DNA of 64,000 bases from a virus (Duplodnaviria; Heunggongvirae; Uroviricota; Caudoviricetes): the IMG/VR virus record IMGVR_UViG_3300022188_000009, one strand, 5' to 3'. Positions 8,283 to 17,678 of the stretch are shown in pieces. Within the stretch, counting starts at the first letter, position 1; each line of letters begins with the position of its first letter. A program made the translations under genes and the position numbers. Under the pieces are notes generated by a model. That model did no database searches and had not been told where the DNA came from. It was given only the letters and a program-made list of their open reading frames with translations.

Positions 8283-9394
8283 TGAAAATAGAATTACGCG
8301 AAATACCAATTCAAGAAGTAGTACAATATAGTAAACATTTAAAGAAACGTCAAGGTTACAAAGATAATGCTGAAGAAGGTGTATATGGTATGAATGGTAG
8401 ATTAAATATTCGTCCTGCATATCAAAGAGAATTTATTTATAAAGATCTTCAAAGAAATGCAGTAATTAACACTGTCACACACGACTTCCCATTAAATGTT
8501 CTTTACTGGGCAGTAAATAAAGACGGAAGTTATGAGGTGTTAGATGGGCAACAACGCCTCATAAGCATAGGTCAATATGTAAACAGTGATTTTAGTTTAA
8601 ACCATAAATTTTTTCACAACTTAACCGACGATGAACGTAATCAAATATTAGATTATAAACTGATGGTTTATTTATGTGAAGGAAGAGATAATGAAAAATT
8701 AGATTGGTTTAAAATTATTAATATAGCAGGTGAAAAATTAACTGATCAAGAATTACGTAATGCTATTTATACTGGATCGTGGTTACATGATGCAAAAAGT
8801 TATTTCAGTAAAACAGGTTGTCCTGCATATAAAATAGCCTCGGATTACGTTAAAGGCTCGCCCATACGCCAGAACTACCTAGAAACTGTTTTGAAATGGG
8901 TAAGTGAAAATAATATTGAAGACTACATGTCAAAAAATCAGCATAACAAGGATGCCGTTGAGCTATGGAATTATTTTGAAAAAAGTATTTCATGGTTTAA
9001 AAATATATTTATTAAATACAGAAAAGAAATGAAAGGGTTACCAATCGGAAGTTTATACAATGATTTTAGTGACAATGAGTACCCTCTGCCCGATCAAATA
9101 GAAAAAACCGTCAGTGAATTAATGATAAACGATGAAGTGACTAAAAAATCAGGTATATACCCATACATACTTACTGATGATGAAAAATATTTAAACATTC
9201 GTTCATTTGATAATAATCAAAAACGTGAAGCATATGAAAAACAGGCCGGTATATGTGTACACTGTAAAAAACATTTTGAAATAAATGATACGGAAGCCGA
9301 TCATATAACTCCATGGTCTAAGGGAGGAAAAACTACTCCTGAAAATTGTCAAATATTATGCCTATACTGTAACCGTACAAAAAGTTCCAAATAA
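8282..9394 (+). CDS. DUF262 (ParB-like NTPase) plus C-terminal HNH nuclease, a GmrSD-like architecture
   Basis: The N-terminus carries the LDGQQRL motif that is the signature of DUF262. The C-terminus, CVHCKK...ADHITPWSKGG...NCQILCLYCNRTK, is a canonical HNH. Confidence 0.6.
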   Translation: MKIELREIPIQEVVQYSKHLKKRQGYKDNAEEGVYGMNGRLNIRPAYQREFIYKDLQRNAVINTVTHDFPLNVLYWAVNKDGSYEVLDGQQRLISIGQYVNSDFSLNHKFFHNLTDDERNQILDYKLMVYLCEGRDNEKLDWFKIINIAGEKLTDQELRNAIYTGSWLHDAKSYFSKTGCPAYKIASDYVKGSPIRQNYLETVLKWVSENNIEDYMSKNQHNKDAVELWNYFEKSISWFKNIFIKYRKEMKGLPIGSLYNDFSDNEYPLPDQIEKTVSELMINDEVTKKSGIYPYILTDDEKYLNIRSFDNNQKREAYEKQAGICVHCKKHFEINDTEADHITPWSKGGKTTPENCQILCLYCNRTKSSK

Positions 9395-9712
9395 AAATAT
9401 ATAATTAGGAGATTACAGTGGATAAATCTAAAACATACATAAAAATGTGTAATCATCCAAAAATTCAAGATAAATAGGTATTAGAATAAGGACAAATATA
9501 TTATGTAGACCCAATGATGGAAATATTTTCTTGGAGAGGGAAAGGAGAAGGAAATTCATCAGGTTGTTATCATATAATATCTATACTTTAATAGAAAAAT
9601 TTTATAAGTTCAATAAAGATATAAAAGACATATTAAATGAATATTCTATGGAACAACGTTGGCTTATGTTTGTTATGTATGAATTATATGGATTAAACTG
9701 GCAAAATAATAA

Positions 9713-10030
9713 ATGGAGAAAGAATTAAGAGAGGGATACAAAATGACAAAGGAATTAGTTACGTACAAAAAGATAAATACATATTTTTATAAACGCAGAT
9801 ATAGCAACAGGTGTAAAACACGTGATATATGCCCAATATGTAAAAAATTAATACTAACGGGTGACCATTTATACCTGCTTATAAATAATTATAAACTGTT
9901 TCCAAATATATTTGTTCATCGAGACTGCATAACTACTAAAAAAGAATGCATAATTAAATTGACAAAAAGTTATAAAAAATATGAAGATTTTAAAGATAAA
10001 TATATTTTTTGGGGGCCGAAAGAATATTAA
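9713..10030 (+). CDS. Zinc-finger protein
   Basis: Motif CKTRDICPICKK...HRDC. Confidence 0.4.
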   Translation: MEKELREGYKMTKELVTYKKINTYFYKRRYSNRCKTRDICPICKKLILTGDHLYLLINNYKLFPNIFVHRDCITTKKECIIKLTKSYKKYEDFKDKYIFWGPKEY

Positions 10031-10047
10031 TAATAGGAGTGTGTTTT

Positions 10048-10170
10048 ATGCTTTATAAAATTGCGTCATTAATTGCTATTATTGGCATGTATGGGTATAT
10101 TGGTAGATCGTGTGTCTTGTGGTATCGTAAACAGATTGATAGTAATTCTAAAAAGAAGGGAGATTCATGA
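10048..10170 (+). CDS. Possible 40-aa membrane peptide
   Basis: RBS ataggagtg. Translation MLYKIASLIAIIGMYGYIG. Confidence 0.3.
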   Translation: MLYKIASLIAIIGMYGYIGRSCVLWYRKQIDSNSKKKGDS

Positions 10171-10373
10171 TTATTGAAATCGTACTTTCAGTTACTTTTA
10201 TTGTTTGTATCTGTCTACTATCCTGTTTGTTGGGACTGTACACTGGTTATAAATACGGAATAGGAAAAGGAAAAGTAGAGGGTTGGTGTGAGTATGAAGA
10301 CCTTGTATTTCGTCGTACGATAAGTGAGCCTAGGTATAACAAAAATAAAGTTCAAAAAGATTTACTTAAATGA
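10167..10373 (+). CDS. Small membrane protein
   Basis: N-terminal transmembrane helix. The start overlaps the upstream stop in a tcATGa arrangement. Confidence 0.4.
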   Translation: MIIEIVLSVTFIVCICLLSCLLGLYTGYKYGIGKGKVEGWCEYEDLVFRRTISEPRYNKNKVQKDLLK

Positions 10374-10397
10374 CTTTAAAAATTGATTGGAGAATTG

Positions 10398-11024
10398 ATG
10401 GAAGCAATATATAATTATCAACCAGATGTATTGGAAAATGAGGTTCCTGTTTTTAGAAAACAAATGGATAAATTATTTAAAGAGTATGAAGTATATGTAT
10501 TTGGCTATGGAAGTCTCTTGTACGCTGAAGGTTGGCGTGGTAGAAACATGCCACATCCCCCACAAAAGAAAGATCTTATAGAGGGCACACTGAATAATTT
10601 TGAACGGGGGCCATGGGGATTATACAGCACTATAAATTTTTATGGTGTAATACCCACTAAAGGTAAAAAAGTCAATGGTGTAATAACCAAAATCGGTACT
10701 TTAAAGAACTGGGCTAATCTAATGAATACTGAAGTAGTTGCCGGTTTACATCGTTATGCAAATTATCGTGTTGTTGATGTTACTAACAATATCACAGGCT
10801 GGAAAAAGAAGCCTAAAGGAATAAAAATTCACTGTGTAGTAAATCGTCCTATAAATCGTACTCTACTGCATAATTCGAAACCTTACCATAAATACTACAA
10901 TCATGTGTGGGAGGGTATTCAAAAAGAACGTACTTCAAAATTCAATAAAGAATTTTTGAAGTTAGGTGGTTTTAAGGGGAATGAATCTGTAACAAAATTT
11001 ATGGAAATAAGGAGGAAAAAATGA
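10398..11024 (+). CDS. ChaC-like gamma-glutamylcyclotransferase-fold protein
   Basis: VYVFGYGSLLYAEGW matches the ChaC/GGCT YGSL motif. ATG start at 10398. Confidence 0.55.
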   Translation: MEAIYNYQPDVLENEVPVFRKQMDKLFKEYEVYVFGYGSLLYAEGWRGRNMPHPPQKKDLIEGTLNNFERGPWGLYSTINFYGVIPTKGKKVNGVITKIGTLKNWANLMNTEVVAGLHRYANYRVVDVTNNITGWKKKPKGIKIHCVVNRPINRTLLHNSKPYHKYYNHVWEGIQKERTSKFNKEFLKLGGFKGNESVTKFMEIRRKK

Positions 11025-11656
11025 AAAATATTGAAAAAGATCTTGTCGTAGAGGAAGTTTATCAACATTTAAAAATCGTTTTTCACAAACATGTTGTAAA
11101 GGCTATGTTAGAAGTAGGTCAGTACATAATTAAATCTTTTTACGATAATAATTATAAACAAGCACAAGGAAAAGAATTTAATGGAAAAAAATCTTTATTA
11201 AAACTTATAAAACGGCTCCAAAGCGATTCCCAAGGGGACGTTCCTTCACGGACATGGGTGTATGATGCTGTTAATTTGGCAATTGACCAATACCTGTTTG
11301 AAGAAAAAAAGCTACCGTCCGTATACGGACAATTAGGGCATAGTCATAAAGTTAATTTAACATATGTTAATAAACTTGAAATTAAAAAACAGCTTATTCA
11401 GGAAACATTCGATGAATCTTATACAGTTTCACAACTAAGAAAACGTATGAGAGAAGAAAAAGTAAAAACTGGTATTAAATATGTTTCATTGAAAAGCAAT
11501 ATGCCAGTAAGTAAGCTTAAAGCACTTGATGTGAAAAAGATAAGAACTCTAAAGAAACAAACTCTGAAGCTCGAAAAAGAATTAAAAAAACGTTTAAACA
11601 TATACCAATCAAACTTGAAAAAGCTTAAGAAAATTTTAGAGACAAAGCAAAAATAA
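11021..11656 (+). CDS. Hypothetical Lys-rich protein
   Basis: 211-codon ORF with a coiled-coil-like C-terminus. Confidence 0.5.
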   Translation: MKNIEKDLVVEEVYQHLKIVFHKHVVKAMLEVGQYIIKSFYDNNYKQAQGKEFNGKKSLLKLIKRLQSDSQGDVPSRTWVYDAVNLAIDQYLFEEKKLPSVYGQLGHSHKVNLTYVNKLEIKKQLIQETFDESYTVSQLRKRMREEKVKTGIKYVSLKSNMPVSKLKALDVKKIRTLKKQTLKLEKELKKRLNIYQSNLKKLKKILETKQK

Positions 11657-11696
11657 AATTTAATAGAAAAAGCATGAATAATAAAGGAGAAAAATA

Positions 11697-12401
11697 ATGT
11701 ATAACAGAGATAAAATAGATGCCATTCGTAAAACTGTTATGATAATGATAATTATATCTATTGTAATAATGATTTTCTCGGCTGCAATATCTTATGGCGG
11801 TAACAATATGGTTATTACCTTACCCAATGGTCAGGCAATTCCTGTAGATGGCCTGGATTCAAACGAACTAAAAATGATGACAACTTATATGACTAAAGTT
11901 GCTAAAGCTCAGAACGCACAGGGGAGCTTTATGGCAAACTCTTCTAAAGTTATGTCAGAAATTGCCAATAATCCAGAAAAATTTAATGACTGGCGTAAAC
12001 TCATTACTGGTACTATAAAGGATGCCTGTAATGACCTGAATATTAGTGTTAATGAGTTTATAAAAACACCGGTTGGTATTGGAGTTGCAGTCTTAGTTAT
12101 ATATAAAATTGCCGGTGCAGATGTCTTGAGTAAATTATTTGAAATTATTATATTTGTACCACTATGGATCTCAGTAATAGTTATATTATACTCATTACAA
12201 CGAAAATATTTGAGTAGTAAAGTGATTTATAATCATAAAAAAGATGTTAGTGTTGATGGTAAACCTAAGTATGAATATTCTAATCCTACTCATACCACAT
12301 CATACCCTTGGGATTCTGATGAAGCACGTGCATGGTTTGGAATATTTTTATTAGTAATTGGTGTTGGATCTATAGCTGTATTATTAGCAATTTTAATTTA
12401 A
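11697..12401 (+). CDS. Membrane protein
   Basis: Several hydrophobic segments. RBS aaaggagaaaaa. Confidence 0.55.
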   Translation: MYNRDKIDAIRKTVMIMIIISIVIMIFSAAISYGGNNMVITLPNGQAIPVDGLDSNELKMMTTYMTKVAKAQNAQGSFMANSSKVMSEIANNPEKFNDWRKLITGTIKDACNDLNISVNEFIKTPVGIGVAVLVIYKIAGADVLSKLFEIIIFVPLWISVIVILYSLQRKYLSSKVIYNHKKDVSVDGKPKYEYSNPTHTTSYPWDSDEARAWFGIFLLVIGVGSIAVLLAILI

Positions 12402-12422
12402 TTAATTTTAGGAAAATTTATC

Positions 12423-12836
12423 ATGCCTTTATCAAAATTACCCAACCGTAGAAAAACCTATTACAAAATTACTAACAAAAAAGAACGTCATAGCGGTTTA
12501 CAATACAAAGATGGATTAGTAATTGATCCTAAAAAATTTAACAATAATCCAGAAGATTCATGTGTTGAAGGAGGAATTTATTTTACTACAAAAGAACATT
12601 TACATAAATTCTTTATATATGGTCCATGGATTCGACCGGTTAAAATTTCTAGTGACGCGAAAGTAATTCTTGATGCTGGTGGAGATAAATATAGAGCGGA
12701 TAGATTATTTTTTAAACCAAGAAAAAATCTTAATTTTTATTTTGATAAATTATTTGATAAAGAAACATTTCCTAAAGAAGATTATTGGTATTTAACAAAC
12801 TATTGTCAAGAATACAAAAATATTTGGGATAATTAA
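12423..12836 (+). CDS. Hypothetical protein
   Basis: 137-codon ORF. Confidence 0.5.
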   Translation: MPLSKLPNRRKTYYKITNKKERHSGLQYKDGLVIDPKKFNNNPEDSCVEGGIYFTTKEHLHKFFIYGPWIRPVKISSDAKVILDAGGDKYRADRLFFKPRKNLNFYFDKLFDKETFPKEDYWYLTNYCQEYKNIWDN

Positions 12837-12977
12837 TTTAGTTGCACTTGGTAAAAATTATTTCTAGGCCGAATTAAAATTTATATATATATATACAAAA
12901 AGAAAATATGTCAAAAATTTTAAATCTTTATGGTTTAATAAAAACAGGAACAAATAAAGTTTTTAGGGGAAACTATA

Positions 12978-13448
12978 ATGGCAAAAGAAAAAAGAAGGAT
13001 TCAGACAAAATTTGATAGGCCTATAGTAAAACAAAACAAGAAAAAAGCAAAACGTAAAAAACGTGAAAGAGAATGTTCAATTAAACGATTTAAAGATGGC
13101 TGTGGTATTTGCGGATCGTCTAATATAGCACAACATGGTGTTAGATATTGCACAAAATGTGGTGAAGAACTATATTATTTTGTTAATAAGCCAGAATTTT
13201 CTTTTTTTCAGCTAAAAGAAATACCTGAATTAAAATGTAAATGTATGGATGAACATAAATATAAATTTAAAGGAAGAGAGCGTATATTTAAGAGTAAACC
13301 CGAAAAATTTATCTATGTAAACGTATGTTTAGATTGTGGAGCAACCCAATCATGTTATTGTCCGGTGTGTAAACAAAGTAAAAGACAATGTTGGAAAAAC
13401 GCAACAGGAAAAAGGTTATGTCAGGTTTGCAATTTTAGAAGTAATTAA
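12978..13448 (+). CDS. Cys-rich multi-zinc-ribbon protein with a basic N-terminus
   Basis: At least five CxxC pairs. Confidence 0.5.
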   Translation: MAKEKRRIQTKFDRPIVKQNKKKAKRKKRERECSIKRFKDGCGICGSSNIAQHGVRYCTKCGEELYYFVNKPEFSFFQLKEIPELKCKCMDEHKYKFKGRERIFKSKPEKFIYVNVCLDCGATQSCYCPVCKQSKRQCWKNATGKRLCQVCNFRSN

Positions 13449-13464
13449 CAAAGGAAAAAACATT

Positions 13465-14193
13465 ATGAAAAAGTCTTCATCAGGATATGCATATATAGAT
13501 ACTGAAACAGGTAAATGGAAATGGGCTCAACAAATTAGAAGAAAATGGCAAACCTTTTCCTACATACAAAGACTTACCAGAGAAACAATTGCAAACGAAT
13601 TTCTGATGATAGGCCCTCTTGTACAGGATTTATTTACTAAAGTAGTAGTATCTGAAACATTACACAATGAAATACTTTATGATTTTATTCCACGTTGGAA
13701 AAAAGCTAAACTTAGAGAATCTCGTTTTCAAATGGACAATGATCAAATGGTAAACCGTGCAATGGCAGGTTTTCTTGGAGAAGCAGCCATAGAAACACTG
13801 TTCGGAATACCCGTACTTGATCGTGATAAAGATGGTAAGCTTTCCGTTAAAAGTTCGTATAGTTTTAAAACTGCAGACCTGAGTGCAAGTGGGTTAGATG
13901 TTGGCGTTAAGACGGTAGAATGGGGTAAATTTCCAGTTATTAAACGTACAGTTAGACGTCCACAAATGATTAGCTTTAAGGTCGGTTCCCGTACTTTTTT
14001 AGTAGGTGGATATGCATCAATGAAAGTATTACGAGATTTTCAATCATCTATATATATTCTCAATGAAGCACTTCGTAACAAACGTAAGAATGATGGACAA
14101 TTGGAAAAAGTCTGTTTCTATGGTTTTCATAAATTAGTACAAATACATGATTTAGATACTCTTCGATCATCCTATTATAAAAAAGGAAAATAA
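13465..14193 (+). CDS. Hypothetical protein
   Basis: Start placed at MKKSSSGYAY, with the RBS aaaggaaaaaa. The track ORF at 13336 overlaps the upstream gene. Confidence 0.5.
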   Translation: MKKSSSGYAYIDTETGKWKWAQQIRRKWQTFSYIQRLTRETIANEFLMIGPLVQDLFTKVVVSETLHNEILYDFIPRWKKAKLRESRFQMDNDQMVNRAMAGFLGEAAIETLFGIPVLDRDKDGKLSVKSSYSFKTADLSASGLDVGVKTVEWGKFPVIKRTVRRPQMISFKVGSRTFLVGGYASMKVLRDFQSSIYILNEALRNKRKNDGQLEKVCFYGFHKLVQIHDLDTLRSSYYKKGK

Positions 14194-14277
14194 TATTTTA
14201 CTATAAAGAAGGGTTCTTCTGGTTCTGGGGCTCTCCTGACAGGTTTTTGAGGGTTCTGGATTCTGAGTGGAGGTGAT

Positions 14278-14430
14278 ATGACTATAAAAAGGCGTAGAAA
14301 GCCCAAAAAGCTGCATATTCGTGGAGATAAACCTGAAATGGGGCGTGTACCTATAGCACCACCTACAACGTGGTATAAGGACAAATCAAGATACAATAGA
14401 CAAAAAGAGAAGATTATACCTAACGATTAA
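14278..14430 (+). CDS. Possible 50-aa highly basic protein
   Basis: RBS ggaggtga. Translation MTIKRRRKPKKLHIRG.... Preceded by a GGTTCT repeat region. Confidence 0.3.
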   Translation: MTIKRRRKPKKLHIRGDKPEMGRVPIAPPTTWYKDKSRYNRQKEKIIPND

Positions 14431-14445
14431 AATTAAGAGGTAATT

Positions 14446-14865
14446 ATGACTAAAGAAGAAAACTCTAACATTATTGAAATAACTACTATTGGAGATGAAA
14501 AACGTAGTTATCTTAAAAATTATGATGCAAAAATGTTTACTTCTGAAATAAATGATCAATATTATGAAAATGATCCTTCTGATTCACCTGAAACGATTAC
14601 ATCAAATCAGATACATATTATTAACCAATATCTCGTAGGTAATACAAAGAATTGGTGGGTACATTTAATAAAACATGTAGGACACGCATTAGGTATTAAA
14701 ATATATAATATCCAAGAATTAACAAAAAAACAGGCTAATGTAGTAATAAATTATTGTAGAAATTATTCTCACCACTATCAAGAAGATCGAGCGGTTGTTC
14801 AAGATAGTAATGAAATTCAGTCAAATAATCAAAATTCATGTATTGATATATGGGAGGATCTATAA
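14446..14865 (+). CDS. Hypothetical acidic protein
   Basis: 139-codon ORF. RBS taagaggt. Confidence 0.5.
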   Translation: MTKEENSNIIEITTIGDEKRSYLKNYDAKMFTSEINDQYYENDPSDSPETITSNQIHIINQYLVGNTKNWWVHLIKHVGHALGIKIYNIQELTKKQANVVINYCRNYSHHYQEDRAVVQDSNEIQSNNQNSCIDIWEDL

Positions 14866-14962
14866 AGCATTAATGTATTACTGTACCGCAATTAAATTCT
14901 GTTGAAGACAAAATTGAAGGTTTTTGAATGTTTAAAATTAACAAACTACAAAGGAGCAAATC

Positions 14963-15094
14963 ATGAACAAAAAGACTAATCAGACTTTTGGTTCTTTAAA
15001 TAGTGATAAAGATCGTCGTCGTAAGAAACGTGAACGTGATCATAAAAATAAAAGATCGAGAAAAAAGTGGGGTAATAAAAACAATTGGAAATAA
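14963..15094 (+). CDS. Possible 43-aa basic protein
   Basis: RBS aaaggagc. Arg/Lys-rich. Confidence 0.3.
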   Translation: MNKKTNQTFGSLNSDKDRRRKKRERDHKNKRSRKKWGNKNNWK

Positions 15095-15111
15095 TTATTT
15101 GAAAAGGAAAA

Positions 15112-15339
15112 ATGGATATGGATATTAATTATTATAAAAAAGTATTATTGCCAATTACAGTCTCAGAAGGAGATTATTGTTTTGGTAACGGGAGATGTTG
15201 TGAGCATTTTTCAAATGAATTTGGTTATCCACAGTGTAATTTTAATATGGAATTTTCAGGAGGAACAGATCTTAAATACGATAAAAAAGGAAGAGTATTT
15301 AAACTTAAAGTCTGTAAAAATCTTAAAGAAATACTTTAA
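15112..15339 (+). CDS. Small Cys-containing protein
   Basis: RBS aaaaggaaaaa. Confidence 0.4.
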   Translation: MDMDINYYKKVLLPITVSEGDYCFGNGRCCEHFSNEFGYPQCNFNMEFSGGTDLKYDKKGRVFKLKVCKNLKEIL

Positions 15340-15358
15340 TAATTTAAAGGAAAAAATT

Positions 15359-15676
15359 ATGGAAGCCTTTGGTATTATTAAATTAATGCAAACATACGCA
15401 AAAACTCAAAATAAATGGTGTATGTATATACATACCTCTTACGATGATTTTAATGAAATAATTAAAGCCGCCCCATATTTAAAAGAAACAGATAAATATG
15501 GATCAGCTTACGATTGCATTGTATTAACGTTTGATACAGAAAAAGAAATGGAAAAGTACTATGATTTAACTGTAGGTGATGACGGACCTACTAAACATAA
15601 TTCTTATGACGGTGAGTGTAGAGTTTATGCTCTAACATGCTCAAATACAGGAGAATTATTGACCGAAAATACCTAA
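15359..15676 (+). CDS. Hypothetical protein
   Basis: Start at MEAFGII, with the RBS aaaggaaaaaa. The track ORF at 15182 overlaps the upstream gene. Confidence 0.4.
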   Translation: MEAFGIIKLMQTYAKTQNKWCMYIHTSYDDFNEIIKAAPYLKETDKYGSAYDCIVLTFDTEKEMEKYYDLTVGDDGPTKHNSYDGECRVYALTCSNTGELLTENT

Positions 15677-15721
15677 TTTTTTTATATAAATGTCACTTAA
15701 TTAAAAAGGAAAGGGGTAAAA

Positions 15722-16012
15722 ATGGAAAAAAGAGCACTTATACGTAAACATATAGTTGGTCCGATCTGTGCTATTTTGACGATTATTGCTGGTAATATTG
15801 CCAATTCAATTTATTTGGCTTATAGCTCACCAGTAGAGGCACAAATTGCTGCAAATCAGGTAACAGATTCAAATACTGCATGGGCAGTTCATCAAGCTAT
15901 TCAGAATGGTATGATTCCCTATGTTATCGGTGTTAGTACATCAATTATTTTTATATTATTCTTATTGCCGTCCATTATGGACATTGTCAAAAACATGAAC
16001 AAAAATCAGTAA
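15722..16012 (+). CDS. Membrane protein
   Basis: Two transmembrane helices. RBS aaaggaaagggg. Confidence 0.5.
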   Translation: MEKRALIRKHIVGPICAILTIIAGNIANSIYLAYSSPVEAQIAANQVTDSNTAWAVHQAIQNGMIPYVIGVSTSIIFILFLLPSIMDIVKNMNKNQ

Positions 16013-16062
16013 TTTTTATTAACTTTATTTTTTATTAAAATTGAAAAGGAAATTTATTTATT

Positions 16063-17106
16063 ATGAAACATTTTATCAAACTATTTGTTATAACTGCTAT
16101 TGTCATGAGCTTTTTCACTGCCTGCGGGCCCGCAAAAATTGAACAGTTTGCCACTATAGCTGCCAATGAAACAGCGTTTCTTGTGCCACTTGAAGGTGCA
16201 AACAAGACTAATCAGGCAAAATTCATGTCTATAGACTACCTCAATGGTGCAAAAGTAGCCACCAAACGTATCAGTCTACCTTTACGTAAATGGTCAACCG
16301 GTCGTTTATGGATAAATTACAAATGGATACAGACTATGTCCGTAATTAAAGTAAACAGAATGCCTGTTACCCGTGAATGGACTGGTGACTCCTCTACAGG
16401 TACGAATAGTAAAAATCAGGCTCTATGGGTAGAGTCTGCTGATTCAATCGGGTTTGGTGTTGGTGTGAACGTTACTGCTTTAATAACAGAAACTGATGCA
16501 GCAACATTTTTATACTATTTTGCCGGTAAACCATTAGCACAGGTAGTTGATCAAAATGTACGCGGTAAAGTTAATTCTATTTTATCCCGTGAATTCGCAA
16601 AATATGATTTGGAAAAGGCCAGACGTGCAAAAAATACTATTTTTGAAACTGCGGCTAAAGAAACTATTGCTGAATTTATAGAGTTGGGTGTAACCATAAC
16701 TAACCTTGGTTTGGCAGAAGGTCTTGTATATGCAGATAAAGAAATACAGAATGCAATTAATGCCAAATTTAAAGCAGAAATGGGTATTCAGATTCAGGAA
16801 CAGAAGAACTTTACTCAGGAACGCATTAATGAACGTAATGTCGCTATAGCTACAGCAGAAGCACTTGCATCCTTAAAAAGAGCTGACGGTATGATCCGTA
16901 TTGAAGCTGCCAAAGCTGAAGCTGCTAAGAAATTCTTTAAAGAAATTGACGCACGTCGTGCCCAAGTACAGCTTGAAGTTGATCTTATGCGTGCAGAAGC
17001 TATGTTAGCGTTTGCCAAGAATATAAAGCCTGGTACATTGCCATCTAACATTTTACCAGCAGGATCAGGCCTGTTGTTCGGTCTTGATGCCAATAATAGC
17101 AAGTAA
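16063..17106 (+). CDS. Lipoprotein with an SPFH/Band-7-like domain
   Basis: Lipobox FFTAC. The C-terminal half is an Ala/Glu-rich coiled coil (IEAAKAEAAKKF...RAQVQLEVDLMRAEA), typical of HflK/flotillin-type SPFH proteins. Confidence 0.5.
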   Translation: MKHFIKLFVITAIVMSFFTACGPAKIEQFATIAANETAFLVPLEGANKTNQAKFMSIDYLNGAKVATKRISLPLRKWSTGRLWINYKWIQTMSVIKVNRMPVTREWTGDSSTGTNSKNQALWVESADSIGFGVGVNVTALITETDAATFLYYFAGKPLAQVVDQNVRGKVNSILSREFAKYDLEKARRAKNTIFETAAKETIAEFIELGVTITNLGLAEGLVYADKEIQNAINAKFKAEMGIQIQEQKNFTQERINERNVAIATAEALASLKRADGMIRIEAAKAEAAKKFFKEIDARRAQVQLEVDLMRAEAMLAFAKNIKPGTLPSNILPAGSGLLFGLDANNSK

Positions 17107-17135
17107 TGATAAGTAAGTGACAAGAAAAAAGGGAG

Positions 17136-17165
17136 GGGGCTGGAAACAGTCCCAAACTTTTATTT
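17136..17165 (+). terminator. Rho-independent terminator
   Basis: Stem ggggctg, loop gaaa, stem cagtccc, followed by aaacttttattt. Confidence 0.55.
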
Positions 17166-17180
17166 AAAAAAGGAGGATGT

Positions 17181-17633
17181 ATGGCTATATTGGATATTGT
17201 TACAATTGAAAATGATGATAAAGGTGTACTGAGAAAGATAGCCGAACGAGTTGAACCGAAAGAAATTTCAGAATTTCAACAATTAATTGACGATATGCTG
17301 GAGACAACACTCCATTTTGGAGCTATAGGGTTATCAGCTCCTCAAGTAGGCGTAAGTAAACAGATATTTGTCCTTGAGGAGGGCACTGTATGCATTAACC
17401 CCGGTAGTAAAATGGGCAGTGGTAAAATAACATCACATGCTGAAGGTTGTTTATCTATTAAAGAAAAACAGTTTGATGTAAAACGTATTCGTAATGTTAT
17501 TATACGTTGTTTGGGTCGTAATGGGCAGCCTCAAAAGCTTGCTCCTAGAAAGAAGCTTTACTCTATTGCTATTCAGCACGAAATCGACCACCTCAATGGA
17601 GTATTAATTTGTGATAAGGGAAAGGTAAGATAG
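17181..17633 (+). CDS. def: Peptide deformylase
   Basis: All three PDF motifs are present: GLSAPQVG (motif 1), EGCLS (motif 2) and HEIDHLNG (motif 3). RBS aaaggagg. Confidence 0.85.
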   Translation: MAILDIVTIENDDKGVLRKIAERVEPKEISEFQQLIDDMLETTLHFGAIGLSAPQVGVSKQIFVLEEGTVCINPGSKMGSGKITSHAEGCLSIKEKQFDVKRIRNVIIRCLGRNGQPQKLAPRKKLYSIAIQHEIDHLNGVLICDKGKVR

Positions 17634-17678
17634 ATAGTATAGATTAATCATCCTTAATATAAAAAGGTTGGGCATAAT

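Noticed and set aside
9531-9728. 65-aa ORF MERERRRKFIRLL...
   Set aside because: No RBS, odd composition, and it lies in an intergenic AT-rich region. Probably non-coding.
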